Shown: positions 60,341 through 64,000 of the stretch, in pieces | Layout of the letters: each line of letters opens with the position of its first letter | How positions within the stretch are numbered: the stretch's first letter is position 1 | Assembly: GCA_963805085.1 (NCBI GenBank) | Contig: CAWDTA010000002.1 | Coordinates: 1,536,001-1,600,000, forward strand | Reading direction: 5' to 3' | DNA: 64,000 nt | DNA from: an uncultured Veillonellaceae bacterium | Lineage (GTDB): Bacteria; Bacillota; Negativicutes; JARBTT01 | Translations under genes and position numbers: made by a program | The notes under the pieces: model-generated | What the model saw: the letters and a program-made list of their open reading frames with translations, nothing else | Database searches by the model: none | Told to the model about the DNA's origin: nothing

Positions 60341-62198
60341 GTGCGCCACGAAAGCGAAGATGCTTAAGCATCTCTATGCTTAACTAGAGATGGAGGAAGG
60401 CCCTCCGAAGTCGCCATACAGGTGGAGACTTCAAACCACCGTAAGCTGCTGCGGTCAAAAGCCGTGGTGGTGAGCGTTACGGGAAAAGGCGAAACAAGAT
60501 TTCGTTAGGTAAGTGCCAATGGAGACGAACAAAATTGAACCGCTGTAGAAGTATCGAAACTTGCAAATGTCGTCAAAACCGGGTTCTGACAGGTAGTCCG
60601 GGATGAATCTGGAGGAAACCTGATTACTGTCCAGATGGCGTCCGGTATAGAGGCGGCGTGAACGTGGCACAGGCTTTAGTTAGGAACGTGGGAACCTACG
60701 ACCCTGATGATAAAGGAAAAGTCTCAAGCGGAGAACCCGCAAGGACGAAAGTACAGATGCAGGGTATAGGGGCGGAACAGTCTGTAGTAGTGATGAAAAT
60801 CCGTAATGGGAATGGAGCAAAGGGACTGTGTTATCTAGTTTTGAACACTGGTCAACCAAAAGGGAGGAGCCTATGAACAAAACAAAACCGTTTGAAATTT
60901 CCAAGAAAGTAGTAATAAAAGCATACGAACAAATAAAAGCGAATAAGGGAACAGCGGGAATTGATGGTGTATCTGTAGAAAAATTCGAAAAAAAACATGA
61001 AAAATAACTTGTATAAACTGTGGAATCGAATGTCATCAGGATGTTACTTTCCTTCTCCTGTCAAAGCGGTAGAAATACCGAAGAAAAGTGGAGGGAAAAG
61101 AACACTTGGCATACCAACGGTAACCGACCGAATCGCTCAGATGGTAGTCAAACTATACTTTGAACCAGAAGTAGAACCATATTTTAGTCAAGATTCCTAT
61201 GGTTATAGACCTGGAAAGTCAGCAATAGACGCAATTGATATAACTAGGAGAAGATGTTGGAAATATGATTGGGTATTAGAGTTCGACATTAAAGCATTGT
61301 TTGATAACATAGACCATGAGCTACTTATGCGTGCGGTAACTCAGCATACGGATAATCAGTGGATTATTCTGTATATTACCAGATGGTTAAGTAGTCCATT
61401 TCAAACATCCGAAGGCAAAACCATAGAGCGAACAGCCGGCACACCACAAGGTGGAGTAATCAGTCCAGTACTAGCAAATCTATTTTTGCACTATGCATTT
61501 GACAAATGGATGGAAAGGAGCAATCCCCAGAATCCGTGGGCGAGATATGCAGATGATGGGATAATCCACTGTAAAACTAAAGAAGAAGCAGAAAAACTAC
61601 TCATAGGATTAAAGGGAAGATTTGCAGAATGCAAATTAGAGCTGCATCCAGATAAAACGAGAATTGTTTACTGTAAAGATGAAAAGCGTACAGGTGACCA
61701 TCAACATATACAATTTGATTTCTTAGGATACACTTTCCGCCCAAGAAGCTCACAGAGCAAGAACGGTGAGCGATTTCTCAATTTCCTACCAGCAGTAAGC
61801 AATAAAGCTGTAAAAGCAATGGGGCAAACCATAAGACAATGGAAAATCCATCGGATGACAGAAAAGGAACTGGTGGATATAGCCCAGATGGTCAATCCTG
61901 TAGTTAGAGGTTGGATAAACTATTACGGCTGTTTTTACAAATCAGCAATGAATGTAATATTACACAAACTAAATTGGACACTGATTAGATGGATGGTAAA
62001 GAAGTATAAGAGACTAAAATCTAGCAAAAGACGTGCCCGAAACAAGCTAAGGGAAATGGCACAGAGCAAGCAGAAATTATTTGTTCATTGGCGAATGGAA
62101 ATTATTCCAACGGTTAGATGATGGGAGCCGGATGAATTGAGAGGTTCAAGTCCGGTTCTGAGAGAGCCTGAGGGTGAAACTCCCTCGGGCTACTTGCC
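60341..62198 (+). mobile_element. Group II intron (bacterial class D-like); 3' end uncertain by 1-2 nt
   Basis: 5' GTGCG; domain V GAGCCGGATGAATTGAGAGGTTCAAGTCCGGTTC at about 62125-62158; domain VI hairpin; internal RT ORF. Confidence 0.9.
60873..62121 (+). pseudogene. Intron-encoded RT/maturase (no En domain), frameshifted at the A8 run 60988-60995
   Basis: MNKTKPFEISK..KANKGTAGIDG from 60873 after a GGAGG RBS, continuing in the +1 frame as MKNNLYKLWNRMSSG...GTPQGG...YADD. Confidence 0.85.
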
Positions 62199-62437
62199 CC
62201 TGTGTCCCATTGAAATCCCGACAATTTTATTTGATAAAGCAATGAAGAATATAATAAAAAATCTTGTACCAATACGGCCAAATAGAAGTCTTCTCGAAGA
62301 GAGACTTCAAGAAAAAATAAATATCCAGTTAACAAGAAATGCTGTCAAAGAGGATTATAACCTTTCTTTGGCTTCTTTAAAGTTTTCAAGGGTGAAAACT
62401 TTATGCTTGCATTTTGTCCAAAAATGGTATATATTTG

Positions 62438-62467
62438 AATTGTAATTAATTGCAATTAATTACAATT
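62438..62467. promoter_or_regulatory. 30-bp perfect palindrome just downstream of a sigma-A-like promoter
   Basis: AATTGTAATTAATTGCAATTAATTACAATT after TTGCAT...TATATT. Confidence 0.5.
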
Positions 62468-62951
62468 AATTGCGATTATGGATGGATTTTCTTATAAGGT
62501 CAGCGTCAAGAAAGTGCTAATTTAATACTTTGCTGTATTTTGGATGAAGGTAGCTCTTTAGAGCTGGTTTGTAGGAGCAGATTTCAACTGCTTCAGTCCG
62601 AAAGGTTGCGGTGGTGAATGTTATGGAAAAATACGGGATATATTTCGACATGTATGGCTTAGAGAGACGAACGAAAGTAAACCATTTTATTTGTAGAAAA
62701 ATGTAAAGCTTATTCGCAAAATAAAGTGAAAATTGACAGAGAAATATAATGTAAATAATAAAAATATAATTATTATTATAAAATATTTGGAAAACAAGAA
62801 AGAATGGCTGTATGTGGCACTTTGGCCTGTCTGGAACTAGTACTGTAACCACCCATTTCTTATTTGAGGGTTCTTTATTTCTAAAGGAAGCAGAAAAATT
62901 TTGTTTCGTGATACAGAAAATGAAAAGGAACAGGCTGAAAAAAGGTAGAGA

Positions 62952-62977
62952 GTGCCAATACCTCGTCCCCCTGCCAC
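62952..62977. repeat. Diverged REP-like copy
   Basis: GTGCCAATACCTCGTCCCCCTGCCAC shares the CGTCCCC core with the RAYT REPs. Confidence 0.55.
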
Positions 62978-63163
62978 GTCGAATTGGCAGGATAGTGTTT
63001 TTGACGTATCTGTAAGAGCATTATGGTGTTTGTTGGGTTGCGTTAACTACACTTATACTTTTAGGATTTATTTTTGACATTCTAAGTAGATTGGCAAAAT
63101 AAATTAATTTGTCGCGACAAAAAATTAAGGTTAAATTTTAACTGAAAGAAGGGAGGGTGCAGA

Positions 63164-63271
63164 ATGAAAAAGTATCAAGCTCCTAAAGTTATAGTGCTTG
63201 GCAATGTCCTTGAGTTGACACTGGGCTGGGGAATGTATGGTAAAAAGGATATGACAAACTGGTATTATTAA
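63164..63271 (+). CDS. Lasso peptide precursor (35 aa)
   Basis: MKKYQAPKVIVLGNVLELTL-GWGMYGKKDMTNWYY: YxxPxV leader, Thr at -2, core Gly1 and Asp9; GGGAGG RBS; below the ORF-track length cutoff. Confidence 0.88.
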   Translation: MKKYQAPKVIVLGNVLELTLGWGMYGKKDMTNWYY

Positions 63272-63274
63272 GCA

Positions 63275-63315
63275 ATAAAATATCGCCATGGGACATTCCC
63301 ATGGCGATATTTTAT
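63275..63315 (+). terminator. 19-bp stem-loop between precursor and cyclase
   Basis: ATAAAATATCGCCATGGGA-CAT-TCCCATGGCGATATTTTAT. Confidence 0.8.
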
Positions 63316-63332
63316 AATGCAGGAGGTCTTTT

Positions 63333-64000
63333 ATGCGTAATTTTTGTGGGTTATTGCCTAAAATTGATACAAGAAATGCTCCTGATATTGAATTTTATGG
63401 AAAAAACATGGGAGATATAATTAGGCCTTTATGGGTAGAACCGCCTTATAGAGAGCAATCATTTTTAAGGATAAAAGAAAAACCGTATGAATGTATTTTG
63501 ATTGGTAATTTTTTTGCAAAAAAAGAGGAAATTAAGACAATTTTTTATAAGTGTATTAAGAATTCAAATTATACTGAATTGATTACTTTGCCAGGTAATT
63601 ATAATTTGATCGTTCATGAAAATGAAAATACGTTAATTTTTTCAGATATAACTGGTCTCAAGCCTGTGTTTTTTACTGATTATAATAATCAGTTTATTGC
63701 ATATTCGTCATCTAGTCTTATATTACAACAGTTAATAAATGCAGAGATAAATACTGACTGGATTTCCAAATTTTTGATTTGCCCTGGAATACAGGAATTG
63801 TTACAAGACCAATCTCCATTTCAAAATATAAAATGTATATTACCAGGACATTTTCTTTTCTTTTCTCCTAACAAAACCCAATATTTTCCTTATTGGATTC
63901 CACCGCCTGGAGAAAAGAATATTACTGATGTTTCTAATAAATTAAAAACGCATCTTTTAATGGGCATAAATAATCGAGTCTCGATGTATGGGGAAAATAT
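63333..64000 (+). CDS. Asparagine-synthetase-like lasso cyclase (N-terminal part, runs off the window)
   Basis: AGGAGG RBS; open frame MRNFCGLL...LPGNYNLIV...SDITGLKPVFF...AYSS...SPFQNIKCILPGH...YW, the degenerate Ntn-type region of the AsnB/lasso C family. Confidence 0.78.
   Translation, partial: MRNFCGLLPKIDTRNAPDIEFYGKNMGDIIRPLWVEPPYREQSFLRIKEKPYECILIGNFFAKKEEIKTIFYKCIKNSNYTELITLPGNYNLIVHENENTLIFSDITGLKPVFFTDYNNQFIAYSSSSLILQQLINAEINTDWISKFLICPGIQELLQDQSPFQNIKCILPGHFLFFSPNKTQYFPYWIPPPGEKNITDVSNKLKTHLLMGINNRVSMYGEN

Noticed and set aside
60455-61036. Short ORFs 60455-60670, 60658-60876 and 60680-61036
   Set aside because: They overlap structured intron RNA or are antisense to the IEP; treated as spurious, like the other antisense shadow ORFs in the track.
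60997-62121. Retron, DGR or defence-associated RT
   Set aside because: Group II intron 5' end, domains V/VI and a maturase-type C-terminus are all present.
1-64000. CRISPR array, tRNA or rRNA genes
   Set aside because: No regularly spaced repeats or recognisable stable-RNA sequences were seen.

Overview
This window looks like a chromosome segment from a diderm Firmicute (Negativicutes, Sporomusaceae-like), inferred from the SLH/OmpM-type porin, the split gcvPA/PB and the sigma-H-like promoters. The left part holds peptide uptake and peptidase genes: an aminopeptidase, oppABCDF with a porin, an OPT transporter, and an M20 peptidase island flanked by direct repeats. The centre (about 26.1-39.4 kb) is an apparently undescribed biosynthetic island bracketed by two near-identical DJ-1/PfpI genes. 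It contains an AMP-ligase, a HemN-like radical SAM enzyme, an ACP, pabBAC, queCDE-folE (no tgt, queF or dpdA), an exported amidohydrolase, a Sul3-like dihydropteroate synthase carrying the sulfonamide-resistance insertion, and a type II thioesterase; a MarR and a DrrC-like UvrA follow it. The working hypothesis is a natural antifolate (pABA/7-deazaguanine) pathway with Sul-type self-resistance. The right part has a glycine-riboswitch-controlled gcv operon with LipS1/LipS2 lipoate synthases, a REP-flanked tyrosine transposase, and a group II intron with a frameshifted IEP inserted inside a REP-like palindrome. At the right edge is a lasso peptide precursor missed by the ORF track, followed by the start of its cyclase. 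All family calls come from motif recognition by eye; no database searches were run.
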